The translations under genes and the position numbers were made by a program. Below, in pieces: positions 19,775-28,351 of a DNA stretch of 64,000 bases. Source of the DNA: Candidatus Nealsonbacteria bacterium (GTDB lineage Bacteria > Patescibacteriota > Minisyncoccia > Minisyncoccales > PWPS01). Each line of letters opens with the position of its first letter. Position 1 is the first letter of the stretch. Under the pieces are notes generated by a model. That model had not been told where the DNA came from. It saw only the letters and a program-made list of their open reading frames with translations, and searched no databases. The stretch covers positions 186,040-250,039 of the forward strand of contig PWKK01000023.1 in assembly GCA_003560665.1 (NCBI GenBank), in the 5' to 3' direction.

Positions 19775-21982
19775 ATGCAGTATCATTTACCCACAGACTT
19801 TAATTTTTTTCTCTTGTCTTTTATTACGGTAATCAGTGCTTTGCTGTCTTTTTTTGTCCTTTTTCGAAAAAAATCACAGGCAGCAATATGGTTTGGAGGG
19901 GTAACTTTAAGTGTTGCTTTTTGGTCTTTTACTAATGCGATGTGCTTTATAGCTCCTACTGTGGAGAGGGGTATTTTCTGGGCTCAGATGAGTTACTTTA
20001 GCGCGATATTAATAGCTTTTACTTTTTTTTACTTCTCTTCTATTTTTCCGGAGAGTGTTAGCTACAGGGAAAGAAAATATATTCCAAAAAAATATCAAAA
20101 AATACTGGTGAATGTTTTTTTTGTTATTGTTTCTGTTTGCATATTTTTACCTGAAGTTACTGTCAAAAGAGTTTTGTTAAATCCGTGGGAGATAATAAAC
20201 GGTCCAGGGATTTATTTTTTTGCTTTCTATTTTCTAGTATTGATGGGATGGGCTTTCCGGAATTTGGCAAAAAAATATTTTTTCTGTGAAGGAAATGAAA
20301 GAATACAGCTAAAATATCTTTTTATGGGATGCGCACTTTCGGCGCTCTTTGGGGGAACTTTTAATTTGTTATTACCTTTTTTGGGGATTTATAAGTTTGT
20401 TTGGTTCGGGCCTCTCGCTGCACTTATTCTGATTGGATTTATTTCTTATGCCATTCTAAGGCATCGCCTAATGGACATTCGTGTGGCCGCGGGGAGAGGA
20501 CTGGTCTATACCTTCTCTGTTGTTTCAGTTGCTTTAATCGCGTACAGCCTCTTTCTTTTGGGATTATTATTGGGATTTCCTTCTGCCCTTAAGGTGGTGG
20601 GAGCGACAACAATCTCAGCACTTTTCTTTCACCCTCTTTTCTCTGCATTCGAAGAATTTGCGGGAAAATATCTTTATTACTCATTTTATTCTTCGGAAAA
20701 AACACTTAAGCGTTTGGGAAAAGAGTTAACGGAAATATTAGACCTGAGAGAATTAACAAATCTCATTGCTTCCACATTACTTGAAACCTTAAAAACGAAG
20801 AGGGTTGTAATTATTTTAAGAGAGGGGGATGCGGGGAAGTTTGCTATCGCAAAGAACATTGGATTCAAAGAAGAGAATGGAATTTCTTTGGTACGAGACA
20901 ACTTTTTAACAGAATGGCTTGAAAAGAACAAAAAGCCTCTTGTCTATGAAGAATTAGTGCTCTATTTAGGTGAAGAGAGCGATGAAGAAAAAAAGAAAAG
21001 AATAGAACATCTTTTAAAAGACATGAATAAAATAGAGGCAGAATTGTGTCTCCCTTTGATTTTCAAGGAGAAGATAGTCGGAATAATAGTTTTGGGAGAG
21101 AAAAAATCGGGAGATCCTTATTTTCATCAAGATCTAGATCTTCTTTCAAATCTCTCTTATCATTTTTCTGTTGCTTTACAGAACGCTTGGCTTTACTCGA
21201 AAGTGGAGGACTTTTCAAAAAATCTAGAAAGAAAGGTAGAAGAGCAGGTAAAAGAACTGAAAAGGGCTTACAGAAAACTACAACGTCTCGATAAAGTAAA
21301 AACAGAGTTTATGTCTATCGTTTCACACCAGCTAAGAACACCACTTAGCATTATTAAAGGACATCTTTCGATGGTAAGTGAGGGAGTTTATGAGAAGGAT
21401 AAGGAAAAGGAAAGAAAAGTGCTACAAAGCGTTTATGAGGCAAACGAGAGACTTATCGCACTGGTAAACGATGTTTTAAATATTTCTCGCATTCAAGCAG
21501 GAAGAGTAGAATTCGAAAAAGAAAAGGCAAATCTTGTAGAGGTTATCCGAAACACGGTTGAAAGGATGATGCCTTCTCTGAACGGAAAAAAGGTGGAGTT
21601 GATTTTTAAAGAACCGTTAGAGGAGCTACCGGAGATAGAGATAGATGTTTCAAAGATAGAAAACGTAATGATTAATCTTATCGATAACGCTATTAAGTAT
21701 ACACAAGAAGGAGAGGTGACGGTTTCCGTGAAAAAGGAAGATGATTATTTAAAGATATCAATTAAAGATACGGGGGAAGGGATGAGCGAGGAGGAAGTAG
21801 AAAAGCTTTTTGAAACATTTTCTCGTGGGGGGGCAGGTAAAAAACACTGGATACAAGGAGCGGGGCTTGGACTTTACATCGCTCGTCAGTTTGTAGAGAT
21901 GCACAAAGGAAAAGTGTGGGCGGAATCGGAAGGAAAAGGGAAAGGTTCTCAGTTTTATGTTACAATACCTCTGTCTTCTTAA
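19775..21982 (+). CDS. Membrane sensor histidine kinase (multi-TM N-terminus, GAF-like, HisKA, HATPase)
   Basis: About 9 hydrophobic helices; GAF-like LCLPLIFKEKIVGIIVLG...DLDLL; H-box SHQLRTPL; N-box NLIDNAIKY; DTGEG; GAGLGL. Confidence 0.93.
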   Translation: MQYHLPTDFNFFLLSFITVISALLSFFVLFRKKSQAAIWFGGVTLSVAFWSFTNAMCFIAPTVERGIFWAQMSYFSAILIAFTFFYFSSIFPESVSYRERKYIPKKYQKILVNVFFVIVSVCIFLPEVTVKRVLLNPWEIINGPGIYFFAFYFLVLMGWAFRNLAKKYFFCEGNERIQLKYLFMGCALSALFGGTFNLLLPFLGIYKFVWFGPLAALILIGFISYAILRHRLMDIRVAAGRGLVYTFSVVSVALIAYSLFLLGLLLGFPSALKVVGATTISALFFHPLFSAFEEFAGKYLYYSFYSSEKTLKRLGKELTEILDLRELTNLIASTLLETLKTKRVVIILREGDAGKFAIAKNIGFKEENGISLVRDNFLTEWLEKNKKPLVYEELVLYLGEESDEEKKKRIEHLLKDMNKIEAELCLPLIFKEKIVGIIVLGEKKSGDPYFHQDLDLLSNLSYHFSVALQNAWLYSKVEDFSKNLERKVEEQVKELKRAYRKLQRLDKVKTEFMSIVSHQLRTPLSIIKGHLSMVSEGVYEKDKEKERKVLQSVYEANERLIALVNDVLNISRIQAGRVEFEKEKANLVEVIRNTVERMMPSLNGKKVELIFKEPLEELPEIEIDVSKIENVMINLIDNAIKYTQEGEVTVSVKKEDDYLKISIKDTGEGMSEEEVEKLFETFSRGGAGKKHWIQGAGLGLYIARQFVEMHKGKVWAESEGKGKGSQFYVTIPLSS

Positions 21983-22018
21983 ATTTAATGAGAATAAAAG
22001 TTTTAATAATTTAGAAAA

Positions 22019-24169
22019 ATGGAGAAGAAGTATAATTCTCAAGAAGTGGAAGGAAGAACTTACCGGTTTTGGGAAGAGACCGGCTGCTTTAATCCCGACA
22101 ACCTTGCAGGGAGTGAGCCTTTTACTATTGTTCTGCCACCTCCGAACGTAACGGGGAATTTGCATATGGGGCATGCGGCAATGATTGCCTACCAGGACAT
22201 CCTTATTCGTTACAATAGAATGAAGGGGAAAAAGGCGCTGTGGATTCCGGGAACGGACCATGCATCTATTGCTACTTCCAGTAAAGTAGAGAAAAGAATC
22301 TACGAAGAGGAAGGGAAGACGAGGCACGATTTGGGAAGAGAAGAGTTTTTAAAGAGAGTTGAAAGCTTTGCTCAAGAGAGCCACGATACGATTGTCAACC
22401 AAGTTAAAAGAATGGGAGCTTCCCTTGATTGGAGCAGAGAAGCATTTACGCTTGATGATAAGCGGAACTTGGCGGTAAAAACGGCATTTAAGAGGATGTA
22501 CGAACAAGGGCTTATCTACCGCGGACAAAGAATTGTCAACTGGGACCCCCTTATGAAAACTAATGTTTCGGATGATGAGCTAGAGAGAGAAGAGAGAAAA
22601 ACTTCTTTTTATTATTTAAAATTTGGGCCATTTATCATTGGCACTTCACGACCGGAAACAAAATTTGGTGACAAGTATGTAGTAATGCACCCTGAAGACA
22701 AGCGTTATTTAGATTATAAACATGGACAGGAAATAGAAGTTGAGTGGATTAACGGCAAAGTTAAAGCAATCATTATCAAAGATAAAGCAGTGGATCCTGA
22801 ATTTGGAACGGGAGTAATGACGATTACTCCGTGGCACGATTTAACTGACTTTGAAATAGCCGAGAGACACAATTTAGAGAAAGAACAGATTATTGATTTT
22901 GACGGGAAGCTACTTTCGATCGCCAAAGAGTTTTCCGGAATGGAAATTGAAAAAGCAAGGCCGCTTATTGTCGAAAAGTTTAAGAAAAAAAATCTTCTTT
23001 CCGAAGTAGATGAGAATTACAGACACAGTGTTGCGGTAAACAGTAGAGGAGGGGGCTTGATTGAGTCGCAAATCAAAGAACAGTGGTTCATCGATGTAAA
23101 TAAAAAGTTTCGGATTGAAAAGTCAAATATTGAAGGGATAAAGGATGGGCAAGAAACAAACTTTAAAGAACTGATGCGGAAGCCGATAGAAACCGGACAG
23201 ATCAGAATTGTTCCCGAAATGTTTCAAAAAATATATTACCACTGGATTGACAATCTCAGAGATTGGTGTATTAGTAGACAGATTTGGTATGGGCATCGTA
23301 TCCCTGTATGGTATAAGGACGAGGAAGTTTACTGTGACGTAGAGCCCCCGGAAGGAAAGGGTTGGAAACAGGATCCGGATACTCTCGATACGTGGTTTTC
23401 ATCCGGACTATGGACTTTTTCCACTCTTGGTTGGCCCGAAGAAACCAGTGAACTCAAACTCTACCATCCGACCAGTGTTATGGAGACAGGGTATGACATA
23501 ATTTTCTTTTGGGTTGCTCGCATGGTGATGATGACAACTTACCATATGAACGACATCCCTTTTGAAAATGTCTACTTGCATGGATTGGTTCTCGATGAGA
23601 AGGGTAAAAAAATGAGCAAGTCTCTCGGCAATACAATAGATCCGCTAGACATGGTGGAAAAGTACGGTGCGGACGCAACACGAATCTCTTTAATTGTAGG
23701 AGCAACAGCGGGAACGGATATTCGATTATCAGAGGACAGGATAAGGGGATACAGGAACTTTACCAACAAACTTTGGAATGTTTCTCGTTTTGTACTTATG
23801 AACACAGAAGATTATAACGCGGAAGAAAAGCTGGAATGGACCCCGAAGGACCGAGAAATTTTTGATGGTTTCAAAAAAACTGCTAAAAAAGCAACAGAGC
23901 AGTTGGAAAATTATCAGTTTTCTCACGCTGCAGAAAATCTTTATCATTACCTATGGCATAATTTTGCCGACAAAGTATTAGAGGAATCGAAAGAGGTTTT
24001 GGAAAATAAAAAGACGCGCAAAACAAGACAAGAGGTTCTTCTAGAGGTGCTTAAGGGAATAATTAAGACGCTACACCCTTTTATTCCTTTTGTGACCGAA
24101 GAAATATATCAACTTCTTCCCATTAAGGAAAAGAAAAAAACGATTATGATTGAAGATTGGCCTGTTTAG
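22019..24169 (+). CDS. valS: Valine--tRNA ligase (compact, no C-terminal coiled coil)
   Basis: PPPNVTGNLHMGH, DWCISRQIWYGHRIP, DTWFSS, KMSKS. Confidence 0.97.
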   Translation: MEKKYNSQEVEGRTYRFWEETGCFNPDNLAGSEPFTIVLPPPNVTGNLHMGHAAMIAYQDILIRYNRMKGKKALWIPGTDHASIATSSKVEKRIYEEEGKTRHDLGREEFLKRVESFAQESHDTIVNQVKRMGASLDWSREAFTLDDKRNLAVKTAFKRMYEQGLIYRGQRIVNWDPLMKTNVSDDELEREERKTSFYYLKFGPFIIGTSRPETKFGDKYVVMHPEDKRYLDYKHGQEIEVEWINGKVKAIIIKDKAVDPEFGTGVMTITPWHDLTDFEIAERHNLEKEQIIDFDGKLLSIAKEFSGMEIEKARPLIVEKFKKKNLLSEVDENYRHSVAVNSRGGGLIESQIKEQWFIDVNKKFRIEKSNIEGIKDGQETNFKELMRKPIETGQIRIVPEMFQKIYYHWIDNLRDWCISRQIWYGHRIPVWYKDEEVYCDVEPPEGKGWKQDPDTLDTWFSSGLWTFSTLGWPEETSELKLYHPTSVMETGYDIIFFWVARMVMMTTYHMNDIPFENVYLHGLVLDEKGKKMSKSLGNTIDPLDMVEKYGADATRISLIVGATAGTDIRLSEDRIRGYRNFTNKLWNVSRFVLMNTEDYNAEEKLEWTPKDREIFDGFKKTAKKATEQLENYQFSHAAENLYHYLWHNFADKVLEESKEVLENKKTRKTRQEVLLEVLKGIIKTLHPFIPFVTEEIYQLLPIKEKKKTIMIEDWPV

Positions 24170-24206
24170 TGAGGTTTTATCTCTTTCTGAAAATAGAAGC
24201 CATTAT

Positions 24207-24719
24207 ATGAAAATAAAAAGAATTGTTGTCGGAATGTTGGAGACAAACTGCTACCTTCTCTATAATGGAGAAGAAATGCTTGTTGTTGATCCGGGAGCAG
24301 ATGCCAAAAAAATAATAGGCGAAATAGAGAAAACCGGAATTAAGCCGAAATATATCGTGAATACTCACGGCCATCCTGATCATGTGATGGCAAACAGGGA
24401 AGTAGAAGAAAGAACTGGGGCGAAAATAATAGAGAATCTTCAAGAAGGAGAGAAGATAACGGTAAGAGACAGCGATTTAAGGATAATGCATACCCCGGGG
24501 CATACAAAGGACTCATTCTGCTTGAAGGGAGAGTTATTTTTGATGGGAGGCGATGTTTTGTTTGTGGACGGTCACGGGAGAACGGATCTTCCGGGAGGGT
24601 CAGATGCGGAGATGAAAGAGACAATTCACAGACTAAAGAAAGAGTTACCTAAGGAAACTCTTATCTATCCCGGGCATGGAGAACCATTTACGATCGATGA
24701 GTGGAAAGGCGATTATTGA
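24207..24719 (+). CDS. MBL-fold metallo-hydrolase (glyoxalase II-like)
   Basis: NTHGHPDH, HTPGHT, GRTDLPGG, YPGHG. Confidence 0.9.
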   Translation: MKIKRIVVGMLETNCYLLYNGEEMLVVDPGADAKKIIGEIEKTGIKPKYIVNTHGHPDHVMANREVEERTGAKIIENLQEGEKITVRDSDLRIMHTPGHTKDSFCLKGELFLMGGDVLFVDGHGRTDLPGGSDAEMKETIHRLKKELPKETLIYPGHGEPFTIDEWKGDY

Positions 24720-24765
24720 AAGTAGGGCGATTTTGTGGTACAATGGCGAAGCAAATCGGAAAAAG

Positions 24766-24848
24766 GGGTCGGTACCAGAGTGGTCAAATGGAGCAGGCTG
24801 TAAACCTGCTGGCTTACGCCTTCGGGGGTTCGAATCCCTCCCGGCCCA
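24766..24848 (+). tRNA. tRNA-Tyr(GTA)
   Basis: Acceptor GGGTCGG/CCGGCCC; anticodon arm GCAGG-CTGTAAA-CCTGC; long variable arm; GGTTCGAATCC; CCA not encoded. Confidence 0.96.
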
Positions 24849-24857
24849 CAACTTTTT

Positions 24858-24929
24858 GCCTGAGTAGCTCAGTGGGAGAGCATTCCCATGGTAAGGGAAA
24901 GGCCGGGAGTTCAATCCTCCCCTCAGGCT
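24858..24929 (+). tRNA. tRNA-Thr(GGT)
   Basis: Acceptor GCCTGAG/CTCAGGC; anticodon arm TTCCC-ATGGTAA-GGGAA; T-loop GTTCAATC. Confidence 0.94.
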
Positions 24930-24953
24930 CATAAGAATAAGTAATATAAAAAT

Positions 24954-25127
24954 ATGACTACAAAAACAAAAAGACCTTTTTTAAAGATGGAGTGTGGCGT
25001 TTGTAAAAAAGCGAATTATCATATCCAGGTTAAGAAAGGGAAAAACATCGAGAACGAAAAAATGGAACTCAAAAAGCATTGCAGATGGTGTAAAAAACAC
25101 ACTTTGCATAAAATGAAACTTAAATAG
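24954..25127 (+). CDS. rpmG: 50S ribosomal protein L33 (57 aa, not in the ORF track)
   Basis: MTTKTKRPFLKMECGVCKKANY...MELKKHCRWCKKHTLHK; between tRNA-Thr and tRNA-Trp. Confidence 0.94.
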   Translation: MTTKTKRPFLKMECGVCKKANYHIQVKKGKNIENEKMELKKHCRWCKKHTLHKMKLK

Positions 25128-25170
25128 TCTTTGCTCTATTTAAAATTCCACGGCACACAGTGTCGTTTAT

Positions 25171-25243
25171 GGGGGCGTGGTGAAATTGGCTATCATAAGG
25201 GTCTCCAAAACCCTTGTTTCAGGTTCGAGTCCTGGCGCCCCTG
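25171..25243 (+). tRNA. tRNA-Trp(CCA)
   Basis: Acceptor GGGGGCG/CGCCCCT; anticodon arm AGGGT-CTCCAAA-ACCCT; GGTTCGAGTCC. Confidence 0.95.
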
Positions 25244-25333
25244 CGGACTTAGATCAAGGAAAACCAAGAATAGCTCGGTTTTTTTGTTTTGTGATAAAAT
25301 TTAAAGTAGAAAATCAGATTAATAAAAGGAAAA

Positions 25334-26434
25334 ATGAGTGATAAAGATGATAGTAAAATAATTAAAATTGGCGGTGCGGGCATATCAGGTCTAACATCCG
25401 CGATAGTTTTAGCAAAAGCCGGCTATGAGGTTGAGGTATATGAAAAAAATGCCTCTGTAGGAGAAAGATTCAATGAAGATTTTCAAGGAATAATGAATTG
25501 GGGCTTCAAGGAAGATGTCATTGATTATATGAACAGAATAGGAATAAAAAATAGTTTTTGGAAAAAGGCGATGACTTCCATTGATATGTTTGGATCGGAT
25601 GAATATCAACACTCTTTTAAAACCAAAAGGCCTTTCTGTTATCTTGTGCAAAGAGGGAGTGGCGCAAAATGCTTAGAGCAGTCTCTAAAAGAGCAAGCTG
25701 TTGAAGCTGGCGTAGAGATAATATTTAATAGTGCAGTGAGCGCAGATGATGTTGATATAGTTGCTACCGGACCAAAATTTGACGGAGTCATTGACGGTCT
25801 TGTAAATGGATATACATTCGAAACAGACTCCCAAGACAATTTTGCAATTTTATTTGATGATGACTATGCCTATAATGGTTATTCTTATTTTTTTATAACT
25901 GATGGCCATGGGACAGTAGCGACTTGTATTTTTGGAAAATATCAAAAAGTCAACGACTATTTAGAGAAAACATATAATTTCTTTATGGATAATTATAATT
26001 TTAACGTTGAAAATAAAAAAGGATTTGCGGGAACGGGGAACTTTCACTTATTATCTAATACTAAAAAGAGATATGTTGGTGAAGCAGGCGGGTTCCAAGA
26101 CTTTTTATGGGGCTTTGGAATGAGATACGCGGTAATAACCGGAAATTTAGCTGCACGAAGTATTATCGAAAAGAAAGAGTACAAAGAATTATGGGCTAAA
26201 GAGTTAAGTGGATTACTGGAAACTTCCGTATCCACAAGACTGTTGTTCTCTTTGCTTGGGGATAGAACTTACAAGCTTTTTGTCAAGTCTTTAAGTAAAA
26301 GAAAAAACCCGGTCGAATTTTTAACAAAAGCATATAATCCAACTATTTTATCAAGGCTGGTTTACCCTTTTTCCAAGATTTATCTTAGAAAATATATTAA
26401 AGACAGAAGCACTAAAGAGCCTAATAAGAAATAA
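25334..26434 (+). CDS. FAD/NAD(P)-dependent oxidoreductase (geranylgeranyl-reductase-like superfamily)
   Basis: IGGAGISGL dinucleotide-binding motif with VYEK; C-terminal YVGEAGGFQDFLWGFGMRYA. Confidence 0.8.
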   Translation: MSDKDDSKIIKIGGAGISGLTSAIVLAKAGYEVEVYEKNASVGERFNEDFQGIMNWGFKEDVIDYMNRIGIKNSFWKKAMTSIDMFGSDEYQHSFKTKRPFCYLVQRGSGAKCLEQSLKEQAVEAGVEIIFNSAVSADDVDIVATGPKFDGVIDGLVNGYTFETDSQDNFAILFDDDYAYNGYSYFFITDGHGTVATCIFGKYQKVNDYLEKTYNFFMDNYNFNVENKKGFAGTGNFHLLSNTKKRYVGEAGGFQDFLWGFGMRYAVITGNLAARSIIEKKEYKELWAKELSGLLETSVSTRLLFSLLGDRTYKLFVKSLSKRKNPVEFLTKAYNPTILSRLVYPFSKIYLRKYIKDRSTKEPNKK

Positions 26435-26674
26435 TATTAAGATTGTGAATAGGTAATATTATACTTGCTCTCTTAGAACAGGCGATGTTGATTGGAGGAA
26501 GAGTTCTTACAATTATTACATTCCTTAAAAAGTAAGAACGCAAAATAGATAATTTTCCGGATTTTAATTCCGCGAATTTTTTATTAGATAGCACCTGAGA
26601 ATGGCTGTTTAAATATAGCAAGTAGCAGAGAAATCATCTTCTAACTAATCTGATTTTTTGGTAGAACAAAGGAA

Positions 26675-27370
26675 ATGATAATTCACAAAAAGAGCAATAT
26701 AATATTCGGTCTATCAGAAAGAAACGATGGACAAATGATCCTCAGAGAGGATAGAGAGGGGATTAAAAACAGAAACAAATATTTTTCTAATCTCGGAATT
26801 GACGTAGACACGATTGTATCAGCGGGACTAGTCCATGGTGGCACAGTATCGTTTGTTTCCGACAAAGAGAGAAGAAAAATAATCAAAGGAAGTGACGGAT
26901 TAATTACGGATACAAAGAAAATTTGCTTGGCAGTAACGGTAAGCGATTGCCTCCCTATCTTTATTTACGATGAAAAAAGGGAGGTTGTTGGAATAGCACA
27001 CGCAGGGTGGAGGGGTGTTGTAGGGGATATCACCGGTGAATTGGTTAAGAAATTTAAGGAGCATTGCAGCTCTGATTTAGAATCACTGAGAGTTTTTGTC
27101 GGATCACATATACAAAAATGTCACTTTGAAGTAAAAGAAGATATATTAGAAAGTTTTTCAGAACACTCCGAGCTTGTAAAAAGAGAGAGAGGAAAATATT
27201 TCGTTGACTTAGGAGGGATTGTTAAAAAGCAATTTATTTTCAGTGGACTGAAAGGTGGTAATATCAAGATCAGTCCGGAATGCACTTATTGTAACGAAAA
27301 GTATTTTTCATTTAGAAGAGAAAGTCCGGAGAAAGTTGTTTCTCAGATAGCTTATATCGTCCTTGATTAG
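26675..27370 (+). CDS. pgeF: YfiH/PgeF-family (laccase-domain) protein
   Basis: DGLIT, VSDCLPI, AHAGWRG, CTYC...YFSFRR. Confidence 0.88.
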   Translation: MIIHKKSNIIFGLSERNDGQMILREDREGIKNRNKYFSNLGIDVDTIVSAGLVHGGTVSFVSDKERRKIIKGSDGLITDTKKICLAVTVSDCLPIFIYDEKREVVGIAHAGWRGVVGDITGELVKKFKEHCSSDLESLRVFVGSHIQKCHFEVKEDILESFSEHSELVKRERGKYFVDLGGIVKKQFIFSGLKGGNIKISPECTYCNEKYFSFRRESPEKVVSQIAYIVLD

Positions 27371-27491
27371 GAATTAATGGGTAAAAAACACCTGCAAGAA
27401 GACGGTGTTTTTTGTAAGGACTTGACAGGTTGTAGTTATGGGTATATATTTAAAATGCAAAGGTCGGATTATAAACTAATAGTTTAATGTT

Positions 27492-27698
27492 ATGCCAAGA
27501 TTTGATGGAACCGGCCCAGGGGGATGTGGGCCAAGAACAGGGAGAGGTTTTGGTCCTTGTGGATGTGGTGTGGGACACGGAAGAAGATTTTTTACTAAGA
27601 AAGAAGAAAGCGAACTTCTTCAGGAAGAAATTGATGAAATAGAAAAAGAACTGGAAGCAGCAAAGGAGAGGATGTCTGAAATAAAGGGCCAGAAATAA
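27492..27698 (+). CDS. DUF5320-like small Gly/Cys-rich protein with a coiled-coil tail
   Basis: MPRFDGTGPGGCGPRTGRGFGPC N-terminal motif. Confidence 0.8.
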   Translation: MPRFDGTGPGGCGPRTGRGFGPCGCGVGHGRRFFTKKEESELLQEEIDEIEKELEAAKERMSEIKGQK

Positions 27699-27795
27699 GA
27701 AAGAAGGCCTTGTGACCCTTCCTTTCTAGCAAAGGAAGGGGGGTGGCCTTCTTCGTTTATAATAATACTTTTAAACAAAATTAATTTCAACAATT

Positions 27796-28071
27796 ATGCC
27801 TAGGCCAAGAGGTTATCGTAGGGTTTGTTTTTGTCCTTGTGTAACTTATTTTAAGCCACAAGGAGTTCCGCTTCGCGAACTGAAAGTAATGGAGTTAACT
27901 GCCGAAGAGACAGAGGCTTTGCGTTTGAAAAATATCGAAAATTTGAGCCAAACAGACTGTGCAAAGAGAATGAAAACTTCACAGAGCACCTTTCAAAGAA
28001 TCTTAATCTCTGCCTACAAAAAGATATCGGAAGCTATTATTAAAGGCAAGGCGGTGAAGATTATTGAGTAG
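27796..28071 (+). CDS. DUF134-family predicted DNA-binding (HTH) protein
   Basis: MPRPR...YFKPQG...EALRL...SQTDCAKRMKTSQSTFQRIL..A.KKISEAI. Confidence 0.88.
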   Translation: MPRPRGYRRVCFCPCVTYFKPQGVPLRELKVMELTAEETEALRLKNIENLSQTDCAKRMKTSQSTFQRILISAYKKISEAIIKGKAVKIIE

Positions 28072-28130
28072 GTTTTGACAAAAACGTTTTTTTGTGTAAA
28101 ATAAATCAACGATAAAAAGGAGGTTTTTTT

Positions 28131-28301
28131 GTGAAAAAATATTTTTTTGTTCTTTCATTAATTATTATCTTTCTGATAGTATTTTCTTATTCCTCTATGC
28201 TTCATCTTGCAGGATTGATTGATGTGGAAAGAATTATCGACATTGAAAAAATTGAAGAAGTAATTGATAGGGCAAGAAGTGTCAGAGTTATTATTGATTA
28301 A
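28131..28301 (+). CDS. 56-aa single-TM peptide (not in the ORF track)
   Basis: TTGACA promoter, AAAGGAGG SD, GTG start: MKKYFFVLSLIIIFLIVFSYSSMLHLAGLIDVERIIDIEKIEEVIDRARSVRVIID*. Confidence 0.7.
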   Translation: MKKYFFVLSLIIIFLIVFSYSSMLHLAGLIDVERIIDIEKIEEVIDRARSVRVIID

Positions 28302-28320
28302 AAAAACACACCATCTATGT

Positions 28321-28349
28321 AAAATCGGCCTCCGAAGCCGATTTTTTTT
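28321..28349. terminator. Bidirectional terminator
   Basis: AAAATCGGC-ctccgaa-GCCGATTTT between convergent genes. Confidence 0.75.
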
Positions 28350-28351
28350 AC

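Noticed and set aside
24645..24934. ORFs 24645..24932, 24676..24867 and 24701..24934
   Set aside because: Shadow ORFs over tRNA-Tyr and tRNA-Thr.
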